A stretch of DNA of 40,571 nucleotides from Actinomycetota bacterium (GTDB taxonomy: Bacteria; Actinomycetota; Actinomycetes; S36-B12), in contig WLNQ01000002.1 in the NCBI GenBank assembly GCA_009699705.1, positions 1 to 40,571 of the forward strand. The letters run 5' to 3'. Within the stretch, counting starts at the first letter, position 1. Every line of letters begins with the position of its first letter. Below the pieces are notes generated by a model. It saw only the letters and a program-made list of their open reading frames with translations. It did not search any database and had not been told where the DNA came from. The position numbers and the translations under genes were made by a program. Below are positions 1 to 11,281 of this stretch, in pieces.

Positions 1-1355
1 AGAGCGGCTTTCACGTCTGCAGGTAAATCACGAAGCGCGAGTGCCTCTTGTCCTGGCTTTGTTGGCAGCAGGGTGCCGCCCATCTTCTTTAGGCCACGCG
101 TTGCAACAGCACCAAGGCTCACCACAGAGGTCTTTGCTTTGCGCAACCGAAGGAACACCATTGGTGATTCATCTTCCGGCTCGAAAGCCACCAGCAAAAC
201 AAACGGTGCCTTCTCAAGCGCGTCATATGTCACGGTGACTGGGGTGCCGGCAATGGCACTGCGCAAGTATTGAGCTTCTTCTGATGAGGTTGCTCGCGCA
301 CGGAAATCGATGTTGTCGGTGCCAAGAATTGCGCGAGCAAACTTCGCGTATCCATAAGCATCTTCTTGAGTAAGGCGGCCACCGGTGAGTACACCGGTTG
401 ACGAACCAGCTGCAGCTAAACCACGCGCAGCAACATCGATGGCCTCTGGCCATGAGGCTGGGCGGAGTTCACCATTTTCGCGCACCAGCGGCGTGCTTAT
501 CCGGCCCTCTGTGAGGTAGGTAAATCCGAAGCGACCCTTGTCACAGTTCCACTCTTCGTTGACTTCTGGCGAATCCCAAGCCAAGCGTCGAGTGACTTCC
601 CCGCGACGGTAGTCGGTGCGAAGTGAGCAACCCGATGCGCAGTGCTCGCACGTTGTTGGGACCGATACAAGATCAAAGGGACGCGAACGAAAGCGGTAAG
701 CCGCACTCGTTAATGCGCCAACTGGACAGATCTGAATGGTGTTACCAGAAAAATATGATTCAAACGGCTGATCATCAGCGACGCCCACTTGCTGGTTTGC
801 GCCTCGCTCAAGCAATTCAAGCATTGGGTCGCCAGCAATTTGGTCTGCGAAGCGGGTGCAACGTGCACATGACACACAACGCTCACGATCGAGCAGAATC
901 TGGGCGCTTACGTTGATTGGCTTTTCGAAGGTCCGCTTTTCGCCTTCGAAGCGGGACTCTGGCCGACCTGCAGACATCGACTGGTTTTGAAGCGGGCACT
1001 CGCCGCCCTTGTCGCAAACAGGGCAATCAAGCGGATGGTTGATGAGCAGGAATTCCATGACGCCTTCTTGAGCGTCCTTTGCAACCTCTGAGGATTCCTG
1101 AGTGCGAATGGTCATGCCATCGTTGACCACCTGAGCGCAAGCAGGCTGTGGCTTAGGCATGCCTTCAACTTCGATCAAGCACGCACGACAAGCAGCAACT
1201 GGCTCGAGTAGCGGATGATCGCAAAAGCGTGGAATCTCAATGCCAATGAGTTCAGCAGCACGGATCGCCAAGGTGCCCTTTGGCACTTCGATGATTACCC
1301 CGTCAATTGTGACAGTGACCATTGGCACCACGTCGGTGGTGAGGTTTTCGCTCAT
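1..1355 (-). CDS. nuoG: NADH-quinone oxidoreductase subunit G, N-terminal ~451 codons (3' end lies beyond the window start)
   Basis: The minus-strand frame is open from position 1 to the ATG at 1355-1353. It is absent from the ORF track because no stop falls in the window. My translation starts [73 protein letters not shown], the typical NuoG Fe-S N-terminus. The start forms an ATGA overlap with the nuoF stop and the gene sits in nuoF-G order. Confidence 0.9.
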   Translation of the reverse strand, partial: MSENLTTDVVPMVTVTIDGVIIEVPKGTLAIRAAELIGIEIPRFCDHPLLEPVAACRACLIEVEGMPKPQPACAQVVNDGMTIRTQESSEVAKDAQEGVMEFLLINHPLDCPVCDKGGECPLQNQSMSAGRPESRFEGEKRTFEKPINVSAQILLDRERCVSCARCTRFADQIAGDPMLELLERGANQQVGVADDQPFESYFSGNTIQICPVGALTSAAYRFRSRPFDLVSVPTTCEHCASGCSLRTDYRRGEVTRRLAWDSPEVNEEWNCDKGRFGFTYLTEGRISTPLVRENGELRPASWPEAIDVAARGLAAAGSSTGVLTGGRLTQEDAYGYAKFARAILGTDNIDFRARATSSEEAQYLRSAIAGTPVTVTYDALEKAPFVLLVAFEPEDESPMVFLRLRKAKTSVVSLGAVATRGLKKMGGTLLPTKPGQEALALRDLPADVKAA

Positions 1356-2656
1356 CGGGTTGCAGCTCCCGCATAGATGTATGAAGCCACCGGATCGAAT
1401 TTTTCATCGACTGGTGACTCGGTGGCCGCAACAAACTCGTCACGGAAGTACTTCAATGCCGCAGGGAATGGCGTTGCCGCCGCATCTCCTAGTGCACAGA
1501 ATGATCGACCTGAAATTTGATTACACGCACTCACAAGCAGTTCAAGATCCGATTCCTTGCCGTGACCGTGTTCAAAGGTTTCCAGAACCCCAGTGATCCA
1601 GTACGTACCTTCACGACATGGAGTGCACTTGCCACATGACTCATGCTTGTAGAACTCAAGCCACCGAGTGACAGCCTTGACCACACTCACGGTCTCATCG
1701 AAAATCATTGGCGTTCCGGTACCAAGCATTGTTCCGGCGGCAGCCATCTCTTCGTAGGTCATCGGAAGATCCAGGTGCTCTGCGGTCAGAAGTGGAACAG
1801 AAGATCCGCCTGGCAACCAGAACTTGACCTTGCCGTCTCCGCGGACGCCGCCAGCGTATCCAAGTAATTCTCGCATCGTGATTCCCAGCGGTGCTTCAAA
1901 GATGCCTGGGTTATTCACATGTCCAGAAACAGCCCAAACCTTAAACCCTGGTGACTTCTCGGTGCCGAATTGACGGAACCAATCCACGCCACGATCAATG
2001 ATGTAGGGGATGTTGCAGATTGTTTCGACGTTGTTGATCACCGTAGGTGACGCATACAAACCGGCCACTGCAGGGAAAGGTGGCTTGAGTCGTGGCTGAC
2101 CACGGAAGCCTTCAAGTGAATCAAGAAGTGCGGTTTCTTCACCACAAATGTAGGCACCGGCACCGGCATGCACAACGATTTCAAGATCAAAGCCAGAACC
2201 AAGGATGTTCTTGCCGATCAAACCTGCGCGGCGAGCTTCCGCAACAGCGCTGGCAACTTTGCGTAAGGCATTCGGCACTTCGCCGCGAATGTAAATAAAT
2301 GCTTGGTTCGCACGAATCGCGAAGGAAGTGATGATGACGCCTTCAACCAAAGCATGTGGGTTTGCCATCATGATCGGAATATCTTTGCAAGCGCCTGGCT
2401 CAGATTCATCAGCATTCACCACGAGGTAATGCGGCTTGCCATCATTTTGGGGAACGAAACTCCACTTCAACCCAGTGGGGAATCCGGCGCCACCGCGACC
2501 GCGCAGCCCAGAATCTTTTACCGTGGTGATGATTGCATCAGGATCAAGCTTGAGCGCTTTTTCAAGTGCACGGTATCCACCAAATCGGCGGTAACCGTCA
2601 AGCGTGTAGAGGTCTGGTGAATCCCAGTGCTCAGTGATAACCGGTGTCAGCGTCAT
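1352..2656 (-). CDS. nuoF: NADH-quinone oxidoreductase subunit F
   Basis: 434-aa ORF. It carries the [21 protein letters not shown] motif and the [12 protein letters not shown] 4Fe-4S motif. It lies between nuoE and nuoG. Confidence 0.97.
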   Translation of the reverse strand: MTLTPVITEHWDSPDLYTLDGYRRFGGYRALEKALKLDPDAIITTVKDSGLRGRGGAGFPTGLKWSFVPQNDGKPHYLVVNADESEPGACKDIPIMMANPHALVEGVIITSFAIRANQAFIYIRGEVPNALRKVASAVAEARRAGLIGKNILGSGFDLEIVVHAGAGAYICGEETALLDSLEGFRGQPRLKPPFPAVAGLYASPTVINNVETICNIPYIIDRGVDWFRQFGTEKSPGFKVWAVSGHVNNPGIFEAPLGITMRELLGYAGGVRGDGKVKFWLPGGSSVPLLTAEHLDLPMTYEEMAAAGTMLGTGTPMIFDETVSVVKAVTRWLEFYKHESCGKCTPCREGTYWITGVLETFEHGHGKESDLELLVSACNQISGRSFCALGDAAATPFPAALKYFRDEFVAATESPVDEKFDPVASYIYAGAATR

Positions 2657-2659
2657 GAC

Positions 2660-3313
2660 TTAGGCCTCCTGTCCGGATTGAGGTGCAGCCATGTTGTGTT
2701 CTTTGGCGTAGCGCAAACCAGCCAACATCTTGTCGTCGACTGAATTTCCTTCGCCGGCAAGACCATCATCAGGGAAAGCCAAAGTGTGTTCGGAAGCTTG
2801 GAAGTTACGAATGGCCGGACCGCGAGTCGATTCAACTCGCTCTCCACGAGCAAGACGATCTACGACGTCTACGGCCGACGAAGGTGTGACATCGTCCATA
2901 AATTCCCAGTCAACCGTCATCACAGGCGCGTGAGTGCATGCTGCCTGACACTCAATGCGCTCAAGTGAAAACTTTCCGTCTGCAATTGGCTCGTTGTGTC
3001 CAACGCCAAGACGCTCTGAAAGAGCCTCGTACACCGCGTCGCCACCGAGAAGTCCACACAATGTGTTGACGCAGACACCGATGTGATGCTCGCCAACAGG
3101 CTTGCGCTTGTACATCGTGTAGAACGTTGAAACGCCCGTGACTTCAGCCTTAGAAATTCCCAGCATGTCCGCACAAGCAGCAATACCTTCAGGGGTAACT
3201 TCCCCTTCTGCGCTTTGAACAAGGTGCAGCATCGGCAATAACGCCGAACGTGACTGCGGGTAGCGCGTCACGATGTCGCGCATGCTCTCTAGGGTCTGTT
3301 CGCTGATAGCCAT
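2660..3313 (-). CDS. nuoE: NADH-quinone oxidoreductase subunit E
   Basis: 217-aa ORF with the 2Fe-2S cysteine pattern (GVCVNTLCGLLG ... ECQAACTHAP). It sits in the expected operon position. Confidence 0.95.
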   Translation of the reverse strand: MAISEQTLESMRDIVTRYPQSRSALLPMLHLVQSAEGEVTPEGIAACADMLGISKAEVTGVSTFYTMYKRKPVGEHHIGVCVNTLCGLLGGDAVYEALSERLGVGHNEPIADGKFSLERIECQAACTHAPVMTVDWEFMDDVTPSSAVDVVDRLARGERVESTRGPAIRNFQASEHTLAFPDDGLAGEGNSVDDKMLAGLRYAKEHNMAAPQSGQEA

Positions 3314-3334
3314 GATCTCTTCCTCTCGATCGCC

Positions 3335-4699
3335 TTAGCGATCGACTCCGCCCATAACGGGATCGATACTGGCAACCGCTGCAATGACGTCAGCGATCTG
3401 ACCGCCTTCGCACATTGCTGCGACTGCTTGAAGATTCGTGAAAGATGGATCACGGAAGTGCACTCGGAATGGACGGGTGCCGCCTGCGCTCACAAGGTGA
3501 CAGCCCAGTTCGCCTCGAGGTGCTTCGATCGCCGTGTACACCTGACCAGCGGGAACCCGGAAACCTTCAGTTACCAATTTGAAGTGGTGAATGAGTGCTT
3601 CCATCGACTCGGACATGATCTCGCGAATGTGGTCGAGAGAGTTGCCCTGTCCGTCGCTTCCGACCGACAACTGCGCTGGCCATGCAATTTTCTTGTCAGC
3701 GATCATCACTGGGCCCGGCTGCAAACGGTCCAGCGTCTGTTCCACGATGCGCAAAGACTGTTCCATCTCGCGGATGCGGATTAGGAATCTGCCGTATGCA
3801 TCGTTTGTGTTTTCAGTAACGACATCAAACTCGTAATTTTCGTAACCGCAATATGGCTGCGTCTTGCGAAGATCCTGTGGGTATCCAGTTGCTCGAAGAA
3901 CCGGCCCAGTGACGCCAAGTGCCATGCAACCAGTGAGATCGAGATAGCCGATTCCGACGGTGCGACCCATCCAGATGTTGTTATCAACAAGGAGGTCGAC
4001 TGTGTTCTTCAAGCGCTTACGCAGCAAAGGAATCATCTCTCGAATCTTCTCTACCGCGTTGTCTGGAAGGTCTTGCGCAACACCACCTGGGCGGATGTAT
4101 GCATGGTTCATGCGTAGTCCGGTGATCATTTCGAAGACATCAAGGATTAATTCACGTTCACGGAAACCAAACTCCATGGCCGTCAGTGCACCAAGCTCCA
4201 TGCCACCTGTAGCTAGCGCCACCAAGTGCGAAGACACGCGATTGAGTTCCATCATCATCACCCGAATGGTTGTTGCGCGTTCCGGGATTTGATCAGTGAT
4301 GCCAAGCAACTTTTCGATCGCTAGGCAGTAAGCGGTTTCGTTGAAGAATGGAGCTAGATAATCCATCCGGGTTGCGTAGGTGACACCCTGGGTGAACGAG
4401 CGGAACTCCATGTTTTTTTCAATGCCTGTGTGCAGATAGCCGATGCCGCAACGTGCTTCCGTTACCGATTCACCTTCGATTTCAAGAATCAGGCGCAGCA
4501 CGCCATGCGTTGATGGGTGCTGGGGACCCATGTTGATAACGATGCGCTCTGAATCAGTTTCGGGATCCACAGTGATTGAATCCCAATCGCCACCACCCAC
4601 GTTAAAGATGCGACCGCCATCAGTGGGGTCAGTGAAGTTCGCATATGGATCATTGGGCTGAGCTGAAGCACTCGTGTACGTCACGTTTTCGGTACTCAT
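3335..4699 (-). CDS. nuoD: NADH-quinone oxidoreductase subunit D
   Basis: 454-aa ORF containing [14 protein letters not shown], typical of the 49-kDa subunit. Its start overlaps the nuoC stop by 4 nt. Confidence 0.97.
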   Translation of the reverse strand: MSTENVTYTSASAQPNDPYANFTDPTDGGRIFNVGGGDWDSITVDPETDSERIVINMGPQHPSTHGVLRLILEIEGESVTEARCGIGYLHTGIEKNMEFRSFTQGVTYATRMDYLAPFFNETAYCLAIEKLLGITDQIPERATTIRVMMMELNRVSSHLVALATGGMELGALTAMEFGFRERELILDVFEMITGLRMNHAYIRPGGVAQDLPDNAVEKIREMIPLLRKRLKNTVDLLVDNNIWMGRTVGIGYLDLTGCMALGVTGPVLRATGYPQDLRKTQPYCGYENYEFDVVTENTNDAYGRFLIRIREMEQSLRIVEQTLDRLQPGPVMIADKKIAWPAQLSVGSDGQGNSLDHIREIMSESMEALIHHFKLVTEGFRVPAGQVYTAIEAPRGELGCHLVSAGGTRPFRVHFRDPSFTNLQAVAAMCEGGQIADVIAAVASIDPVMGGVDR

Positions 4700-5406
4700 G
4701 AGTTGTACGACCTCCGCTGATCTGGTGGCGGAATAGTTGCGCCCTTGTATTCAACAGGGATGCCACCAAGTGGATAGTCCTTGCGCTGTGGATGACCTGG
4801 CCAGTCGTCAGGCATTTCAATGCGAGTCAAAGCCGGATGTCCGTCGAAAATAATCCCGAAAAAGTCAAAGGTTTCGCGCTCATGCCAATCATTGGTCGGG
4901 TAAACGCTGACCGAGGATGGAATGTGGCGATCTGAATCTGGAGTAACCACTTCAACACGAATGCGGTGGTTATGGCTCATCGACATCAAGTGATAAACCG
5001 CGTGCAACTCACGATTTGTGTCACCTGGGTAATGCACACCACTCACACCGGTTGAGAATTCAAAGCGCAAACCTGGCTCATCGCGAAGCGTTGACAGCAC
5101 GCTGACGAGATGTTCCCTGCGCACGAAAAAGGTAATTTCATCAAACGCAATGACGACTTTCTCAATCGCGTCGCCTGCATTGATCTCGCGGGCTTTAAGC
5201 GAAAGTTCAAGCTCATCGGCGATCTCATCAAACCAACCGCCAAAGGGACGAGTGCTCGCTTCTGGCATGTGCATCAGTTCAACAAGTCCGCCGAAACCGC
5301 TGGTGTCTCCGGAGCCAGTACCACCGAAAGCGCCTTCGCGAACGTGGAAGACCTCAAACTGACTTACGCCTTCAGGAACGACTGGTACTGCTGAGGTTTC
5401 ACTCAT
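4696..5406 (-). CDS. nuoC: NADH-quinone oxidoreductase subunit C
   Basis: 236-aa ORF with the 30-kDa subunit C-terminal signature ([12 protein letters not shown] ... HPQRKDYPL). It has 4-nt overlaps with both nuoB and nuoD. Confidence 0.95.
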   Translation of the reverse strand: MSETSAVPVVPEGVSQFEVFHVREGAFGGTGSGDTSGFGGLVELMHMPEASTRPFGGWFDEIADELELSLKAREINAGDAIEKVVIAFDEITFFVRREHLVSVLSTLRDEPGLRFEFSTGVSGVHYPGDTNRELHAVYHLMSMSHNHRIRVEVVTPDSDRHIPSSVSVYPTNDWHERETFDFFGIIFDGHPALTRIEMPDDWPGHPQRKDYPLGGIPVEYKGATIPPPDQRRSYNS

Positions 5407-5957
5407 CGCAACAGACCCTTCATATCTGAAGTTGAAGGCGCAACGAGTGCGGCTGCTTCAAGCTCACGAATCTGGTCACGGCGATTTGCTCCAAGTTTCA
5501 TGTCTTGGATTTCATCATGCAGTTTCAAGATTGCATCGATCAACATTTCGGGCCGTGGTGGGCAGCCGGGGAGATAAATATCAACCGGAACCACGTGATC
5601 TACGCCTTGCACGATTGCATAGTTATTGAACATGCCACCGCTGGATGAGCAAACACCCATCGCGATCACCCATTTAGGGTTTGGCATCTGATCGTAAATC
5701 TGGCGAAGAACGGGAGCCATCTTCTGACTGACTCGACCGGCAACGATCATGAGGTCAGCTTGACGCGGAGAGGCGCGAAACACTTCCATACCAAAGCGCG
5801 CGATATCGAAGCGAGGTCCACCAACGGCCATCATCTCGATTGCACAACAGGCAAGACCGAAGGTCGCCGGCCAAAGTGAACCCTTACGTGCGTATCCAGC
5901 AAGCTTTTCTACCGATGTCAGCAAAACGCCAGACGGCAGGTTTTCTTCAAGACCCAT
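5403..5957 (-). CDS. nuoB: NADH-quinone oxidoreductase subunit B
   Basis: 184-aa ORF with the N2-cluster cysteines: [20 protein letters not shown] and PGCPPRPE. Confidence 0.97.
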   Translation of the reverse strand: MGLEENLPSGVLLTSVEKLAGYARKGSLWPATFGLACCAIEMMAVGGPRFDIARFGMEVFRASPRQADLMIVAGRVSQKMAPVLRQIYDQMPNPKWVIAMGVCSSSGGMFNNYAIVQGVDHVVPVDIYLPGCPPRPEMLIDAILKLHDEIQDMKLGANRRDQIRELEAAALVAPSTSDMKGLLR

Positions 5958-5969
5958 GAGTAACTCCTG

Positions 5970-6329
5970 TTAATCCCACTCGAGTCCGCGACGACGCCAA
6001 ACATAGGCGTAAACGACGAGGACGGTGACGACGAACAGCACCATTTCGATCAGACCAAACAAGGCCATGTGATCGAAAGAGACTGCCCATGGATACAAGA
6101 AAACGATTTCGATATCGAACACGATGAACAGCATCGCGGTGAGGTAGTACTTCACCGGAAAGCGACCGCCACCTACCGGTTGTGGCGTCGGTTCGATGCC
6201 ACATTCATATGCATCAACCTTGGCGCGGTTGTAGCGCTTTGGTCCGGTTATTGGCGCAATGACTGCCGAGAAAACAGCAAAACCAAAGGCCAAAATGCCC
6301 AATGCAAGGATCGGGGTATATACGTTCAC
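5970..6329 (-). CDS. nuoA: NADH-quinone oxidoreductase subunit A
   Basis: 119-aa ORF with three hydrophobic segments and a YECGIEP motif. It has a GTG start with GGAG 7 nt upstream and is the first gene of the nuo operon. Confidence 0.93.
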   Translation of the reverse strand: MNVYTPILALGILAFGFAVFSAVIAPITGPKRYNRAKVDAYECGIEPTPQPVGGGRFPVKYYLTAMLFIVFDIEIVFLYPWAVSFDHMALFGLIEMVLFVVTVLVVYAYVWRRRGLEWD

Positions 6330-6372
6330 TCAGCGCTCCAAACGATCAGAACTTCATGGCCAGATTGCGCGT

Positions 6373-6390
6373 TTGTGAACGGCTTCACGA
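6373..6390 (-). promoter_or_regulatory. Rex operator (ROP) upstream of nuoA
   Basis: TTGTGAACGGCTTCACGA matches the Rex consensus TTGTGAA-N4-TTCACAA at 13 of 14 specified positions. It lies 44-61 nt upstream of the nuoA GTG. A TATGCT -10-like hexamer (minus strand, 6399-6404) lies 8 nt upstream of it. rex is encoded in the same window. Confidence 0.75.
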
Positions 6391-6427
6391 CCGAGGAAAG
6401 CATAGTGGCGGCCATGGGGTGCCCTCG

Positions 6428-7120
6428 CTACGGGTTCACTGCTCGATGGACAGCGACAATTCCACCGGTCAAGTTTCGCCATTGGACTTCGCTAAAGCCA
6501 GCCACGAGGATCTCTTCGGCAAGTTCAGCTTGAGCTGGCCAGGCGCGAATTGACTCCGCCAAATAGACATACGCAGCAGGATTGGTCGCAACTTTGGTGG
6601 CTACTGCCGGCAGCGCCTTCATCAGATATTCAGTGTAAATCGTGCGCAATGGCTTCAAAGTTGGGCTGGAGAACTCGCAAATCACGAGTCGACCACCAGG
6701 TTTGAGGACTCTTTTGAACTCAGCCAGACCAGCGCTTCGATCGGTCAGATTGCGTAGACCAAAGGAAATCGTGGCCGCGTCGAAGGAATTGTCCCGGTAT
6801 GGGAGGTTTAGTCCATCGCCAGCAACAAAGGGCAAATCTGGCTGACGCTCGTGGCCAACCCGCAGCATGCCAAGCGAGAAATCGGTCGGAATTACATGAG
6901 CTCCCACCTTGGCAAAAGGCACACTTGAGGTTCCGGTGCCTGCCGCAAGATCCAAAATCATCTCGCCGCGCACCGGCTTAACTGCCTGAACCACTGCCCG
7001 ACGCCAAATCCGTGTTTGCCCTAAGGCCAGTACGTCATTGGCAAGGTCATAGCGCTGGGCTACCCCATCAAACATGGCAGCAACTGCCGCGGGATCCTTG
7101 GAAAGGTCTGCTCTGCTCAC
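6428..7120 (-). CDS. menG: Demethylmenaquinone methyltransferase (UbiE/MenG family)
   Basis: 230-aa ORF with [18 protein letters not shown] and the SAM motif [12 protein letters not shown]. It has a GTG start with AGGA upstream and adjoins the men cluster. Confidence 0.9.
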   Translation of the reverse strand: MSRADLSKDPAAVAAMFDGVAQRYDLANDVLALGQTRIWRRAVVQAVKPVRGEMILDLAAGTGTSSVPFAKVGAHVIPTDFSLGMLRVGHERQPDLPFVAGDGLNLPYRDNSFDAATISFGLRNLTDRSAGLAEFKRVLKPGGRLVICEFSSPTLKPLRTIYTEYLMKALPAVATKVATNPAAYVYLAESIRAWPAQAELAEEILVAGFSEVQWRNLTGGIVAVHRAVNP

Positions 7121-7170
7121 TACTGCATCCTTGCACCGAGGCTTGGACGTTCGACATCTAGGCTAGGACT

Positions 7171-8457
7171 GTGCCCGACCCAGTGATTGAACTCATGAAG
7201 TCTGCGATCATCGCGCGCGAACAACCTGGCGCACCGCTGAAGGTCCGCACTCGATCTTTGGACAACCCCGGAAACCTGCTGGCACTCCTGCCCAGTGGCG
7301 ATGCGGTGAGTTGGGTTCGCAATGGTGAAGGAATGGTTGGCTGGGGTGTTGCTGCCAGCCTAGAAATCAGTGGTCCTGAACGCTTTAGTCGAGCCCAGCG
7401 CTGGTGGGCGAAATTATGCGCCCAAGCAAGTGTCGATGACACCGTTGCTATGCCAGGCACCGGCCCAGTGGCGTTCGCCTCGTTTGCCTTTGATCCTGAG
7501 CCCGGAATTTCGGTTATCACCGTGCCCCGAGTATTGATCGGTCGTCGCAATGGTCAGTCCTGGATCACGGTCATCGGATCAGAAGGCGATCCACGAAACG
7601 AACTTCGCGTAGTGAGCGTTCCAAATGCGCCCAAGAATGTTCAATGGACTGATGGCAGTCAAACTGCTGCATCGTGGGAGGCCGCAGTACAAGAAGCTAT
7701 TACTCGCATCAACCACAACGAACTCGACAAGGTTGTCCTGGCCCGCGACATCTTCGGCAAAGTCGACGGAGAACTTGATTCTCGAAGTGTTCTGTCTTCC
7801 TTGGCGCAGGCCTACCCCACATGTTGGACGTTTAGCGTTGGCGGATTGGTCGGAGCCACTCCGGAACTTCTCGTTCGCCGCACCGGCGATCTTGTGACAA
7901 GTCGAGTTCTTGCCGGAACGGTACGCAGCCAAGGCAACGACTCTGCCGATGCCGACATGGCGCAGGTCTTGCTGAACAGTGAAAAGGATCTGGCCGAGCA
8001 TGCTTACGCGGTTCGATCCGTTGCACTCGCGCTTGCAGCGCACTGCACAGACCTTGATGTTCCGGCCCAGCCGCATGTGCTCCCATTGGCAAACGTTCAA
8101 CACCTAGCTACCGATGTCACTGGCCGACTTGCAGACGACGTGCCCGTCCTGGCACTGGCAGCGCTCCTGCATCCCACAGCAGCCGTGTGCGGAACACCAA
8201 CTGAGCGCGCGCGCGCAACAATTCGTGAACTTGAAGGAATGGATCGTGGACGTTACGCCGGGCCAGTTGGCTGGCTTGACGCCCACGGCGACGGCGAATT
8301 CGGCATCGCATTGAGGTGTGCTGAAATTGATCAAGAAGCAGGAACGATACGAGCTTTTGCGGGTTGTGGAATTGTTGCAGGTTCGAATTCTGAGCAAGAA
8401 CTTGCCGAATCAAACGCAAAACTGGTACCTATTCGAGATGCACTCGCCAACCGCTAA
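7171..8457 (+). CDS. menF: Isochorismate synthase
   Basis: 428-aa ORF with a chorismate-binding C-terminal domain (GTPTERARATIRELEGMDRGRYAGPVGWLD ... GIALRCA). It starts at a GTG preceded by TAGGCT (7159-7164) 6 nt upstream. Confidence 0.88.
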   Translation: MPDPVIELMKSAIIAREQPGAPLKVRTRSLDNPGNLLALLPSGDAVSWVRNGEGMVGWGVAASLEISGPERFSRAQRWWAKLCAQASVDDTVAMPGTGPVAFASFAFDPEPGISVITVPRVLIGRRNGQSWITVIGSEGDPRNELRVVSVPNAPKNVQWTDGSQTAASWEAAVQEAITRINHNELDKVVLARDIFGKVDGELDSRSVLSSLAQAYPTCWTFSVGGLVGATPELLVRRTGDLVTSRVLAGTVRSQGNDSADADMAQVLLNSEKDLAEHAYAVRSVALALAAHCTDLDVPAQPHVLPLANVQHLATDVTGRLADDVPVLALAALLHPTAAVCGTPTERARATIRELEGMDRGRYAGPVGWLDAHGDGEFGIALRCAEIDQEAGTIRAFAGCGIVAGSNSEQELAESNAKLVPIRDALANR

Positions 8458-8471
8458 ACAGCATTCGAAAA

Positions 8472-10262
8472 CTAAGCAGTTGCAAGTGCCTGCCTGATCG
8501 CGTCATTCACATTTTGTAAAGCCACAACTTCATCAGCTCTGCTGCATGTTCGCGCTACCAAGACGTGAACGCCCCCAGCAGCCAATGCTTCTTTCAAAGC
8601 GGTGTTGAGTTCTTCGAGTGTCGTTGCAACGTGACACTCAAAACCTAAGGCAATCACTGCTGCCGGGATGTCAGCATCAAGTGGGGTTCCAAAAACTCTT
8701 TCAAATGAGTTCGCGAACTTTGGTGCACCCTGCTCAAGTTGCGAGAAGATGCCACCGCCGTTGTTGTCACTTATGACGTAAACGAGATCTGGCACTGCTT
8801 CCTGTGCTGGAACCCGCAGGCCATTGATGTCGTACAAGAATGTGAGATCTCCCAAAAGCGCGATGCACCCTGCGTCGCTGTCACGTTGCGCTGCAACCGT
8901 TGCGCCCCATGCTGTGCTGACACAACCGTCTATTCCGGAAGTACCCCGATTACCAAGCGTCACTGCACTCCCAGACGCATTCGCCGCGAAGTTGTACACG
9001 TGCCGCACTGGCCAAGATGGTCCAACGAAGAACAGTCCGTTTTCTGGAACTGCTTGACCACAGGCTCGCGCAACATGCATGCCAGTCAATTCACCAATCT
9101 CACCCGCAAGAACTGTTTCAATAGCCACCGCAGCCAAAAGATCGGCCCGCTGCCAAGACTCCAGCCAGTCGCCATTGATTTCGCCCTCACCTGGCGGCAG
9201 TGGGCACGCAGCAACTACAACATCGGCGGTTCGAGTTGGATCGCTCCATTGCGGCTGCGAATCAACCGCGATGTGGAATTTCGCACGAGTGATGTGTCTT
9301 TGAACTGCTCGACTTAACCCCACTCGACCAACGGTGAGTACAACGTCAGGGATGTGAGCATCCGCAAATTCACTATTTCCCAGGATGAGAGCGCCATGAG
9401 ACAGAGCTGTGTCGCAGGCGGCCACATTGCCACTTGGCTCGCCAATGATTGGCCAACCAAGAGCATCTCCGAGTTCGTCCACGAGATCTGAAACTTCACC
9501 ATCTGACTGATCACCCACGATGATCAAGCCGCGTTCTGGAATTGAAGAATCATCGAGCAACATTTCGAAAATTTCGTCGATAGGCAAACTCATTCCGCCA
9601 ACAAGACGCGCATCCGCAGTCCACGGACGTCCATCGCGACGGCCAGCGAGCGGGCCGGTTTGCATCGCCTCGATCTGGGCTTCAATAGCAAGATCATCAG
9701 TGGGTACAAGAGGCTCGGCGAACTGCACATTGATATGCACTGGGCCGGCTCGCATCACATCAGTGGTTGCCGCAACCGCACGTGCAATCGTTGATCGCCA
9801 GGTGCGCGCTTGAGTAGCTTGGGCCTCATCATCGGCTACTGGAGTTGCTGCCGACATGTCGACTGCATCACGAACACTTGAACCAAAAATACCTACCTGG
9901 CTAATGGTTTGGTTAGCGCCAATACCGCGTAACGATGCCGGACGATCCGCGGTCATTGCTATGAAAGGAACATTAGAAAAGTCGGCTTCAATAATCGCCG
10001 GAAGCAAATTCGCGGCAGCAGTGCCGGAAGTGGTCACGACAACAGCCGGGACACCTGTCACTTTGCCTAAGCCAAGTGCGAGAAAGGCTGCCGACCGTTC
10101 ATCGAGGCGCACATGCAAAGTCAGATCGCCTCTGCTTTCTGCAGCAGCGAGGGCTAAAGCTAAACCTGCCGACCGAGAACCAGGGGCTAGAACGACATCA
10201 CTGATGCCACACCGCAGCAATTCATCGACGATGACGCGAGACATTGCGGTTGTTGGATTCAC
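8472..10262 (-). CDS. menD: 2-succinyl-5-enolpyruvyl-6-hydroxy-3-cyclohexene-1-carboxylate synthase
   Basis: 596-aa thiamine diphosphate (ThDP) enzyme fold, with ThDP-binding LLGDLTFLYDINGL ... SDNNGGGIF. Its start forms a GTGA overlap with the menC stop. Confidence 0.92.
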   Translation of the reverse strand: MNPTTAMSRVIVDELLRCGISDVVLAPGSRSAGLALALAAAESRGDLTLHVRLDERSAAFLALGLGKVTGVPAVVVTTSGTAAANLLPAIIEADFSNVPFIAMTADRPASLRGIGANQTISQVGIFGSSVRDAVDMSAATPVADDEAQATQARTWRSTIARAVAATTDVMRAGPVHINVQFAEPLVPTDDLAIEAQIEAMQTGPLAGRRDGRPWTADARLVGGMSLPIDEIFEMLLDDSSIPERGLIIVGDQSDGEVSDLVDELGDALGWPIIGEPSGNVAACDTALSHGALILGNSEFADAHIPDVVLTVGRVGLSRAVQRHITRAKFHIAVDSQPQWSDPTRTADVVVAACPLPPGEGEINGDWLESWQRADLLAAVAIETVLAGEIGELTGMHVARACGQAVPENGLFFVGPSWPVRHVYNFAANASGSAVTLGNRGTSGIDGCVSTAWGATVAAQRDSDAGCIALLGDLTFLYDINGLRVPAQEAVPDLVYVISDNNGGGIFSQLEQGAPKFANSFERVFGTPLDADIPAAVIALGFECHVATTLEELNTALKEALAAGGVHVLVARTCSRADEVVALQNVNDAIRQALATA

Positions 10263-11281
10263 GCCTCTACCTTTTCATGCCAAGGCTTGGCCGCAGCAGA
10301 CTGCCATGCTCGCTCGAGTCGATCGAGCCAAAACTTCGCGCGCGTCGGATCTATAAGGGCCTGCGCGGCTGACATTGCTTCGGGATCCGGGGCAACGCGC
10401 TGAACCTTCATCAAACCTTGGTGTGGGACGAGCGACTGAGCAATGACGTCCGTGGCCAGGAGTTTTCCGGTGCCCAAGCCACAAGCCCGATCAATATCAA
10501 GGGCAGCCGCCAGCGCCAGCGCTGAGCAAAGCCCGACGGAAGACTCCATCCCGTTGCTTACCACCACAGGGAGTTTGACGAGATCAGCAATTTCCATCGC
10601 GCGCCAGACTCCCCCCACAGGAGCCGGTTTGATAATGGCGACGTCTGCAATTTCGACGAGCTCACGCATCGCAGCTGCGTCTAAATTTTTGTTCTTGCGA
10701 ATTGATTCATCAACAGCGATTGGCACATTTATCTCGGAGTGCACCGCGCGTAAGTCTTCATTGCTTTCAACCGGCTGTTCAACATATTCAAGGCCGTATC
10801 CCGCAAGTCTTCTCAGCGCAATGACGGCTTCTTGGCGAGACCAACAGGCATTGGCATCAATACGGATTCGCCCCACACCAAGTCCCAATACTGCATCCAG
10901 TGCGTCTCGTGTTGCCGAGATTCGCTCTTCATCTGCCGAAAGATCCCCAGTAACTTTCACCTTAATCGTGGTGCATCCGTCATTCATAACGACATCTCGC
11001 ACCAAGACTGAAGCAACTTCTGCAGTGACGGCGGGGATAATTGCATTCACATTTACGGACTCGCGCTTAGCCTGGGGCCAGTCGCCGTACGCGGCTTCGA
11101 GAGCGCTCGCTAACCAACGCCCACTGTGCTCATCTCCATAGTCGTCAAAGGGCGCAAACTCACCCCAGCCGGACGGACCGCAAATCAGCAGCCCTTCACG
11201 AACGGTCACGCCCCGAAATTCACGATGCAATCTAATCGCAAACGGTGTGACACTCTGAAGGAGTGAGCCAGGCAGAGTCAC
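10259..11281 (-). CDS. menC: o-Succinylbenzoate synthase (enolase superfamily)
   Basis: 340-aa ORF with enolase-superfamily metal ligand regions ([24 protein letters not shown]). It lies between menB and menD with 4-nt overlaps. Confidence 0.88.
   Translation of the reverse strand: MTLPGSLLQSVTPFAIRLHREFRGVTVREGLLICGPSGWGEFAPFDDYGDEHSGRWLASALEAAYGDWPQAKRESVNVNAIIPAVTAEVASVLVRDVVMNDGCTTIKVKVTGDLSADEERISATRDALDAVLGLGVGRIRIDANACWSRQEAVIALRRLAGYGLEYVEQPVESNEDLRAVHSEINVPIAVDESIRKNKNLDAAAMRELVEIADVAIIKPAPVGGVWRAMEIADLVKLPVVVSNGMESSVGLCSALALAAALDIDRACGLGTGKLLATDVIAQSLVPHQGLMKVQRVAPDPEAMSAAQALIDPTRAKFWLDRLERAWQSAAAKPWHEKVEA

Noticed and set aside
10443-11141. 232-aa plus-strand ORF antisense to menC. 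Similar long antisense or alternative-frame ORFs occur at 8739-9317, 15535-16062, 18409-18915, 20691-21479, 30821-31366, 31002-31604, 31601-32167 and 35985-36482.
   Set aside because: All lie entirely within strongly supported housekeeping genes. Their translations are Arg/Ser/Ala/Pro-rich low-complexity strings with no recognisable motifs. Stop-poor alternative frames are expected in GC-rich coding DNA.
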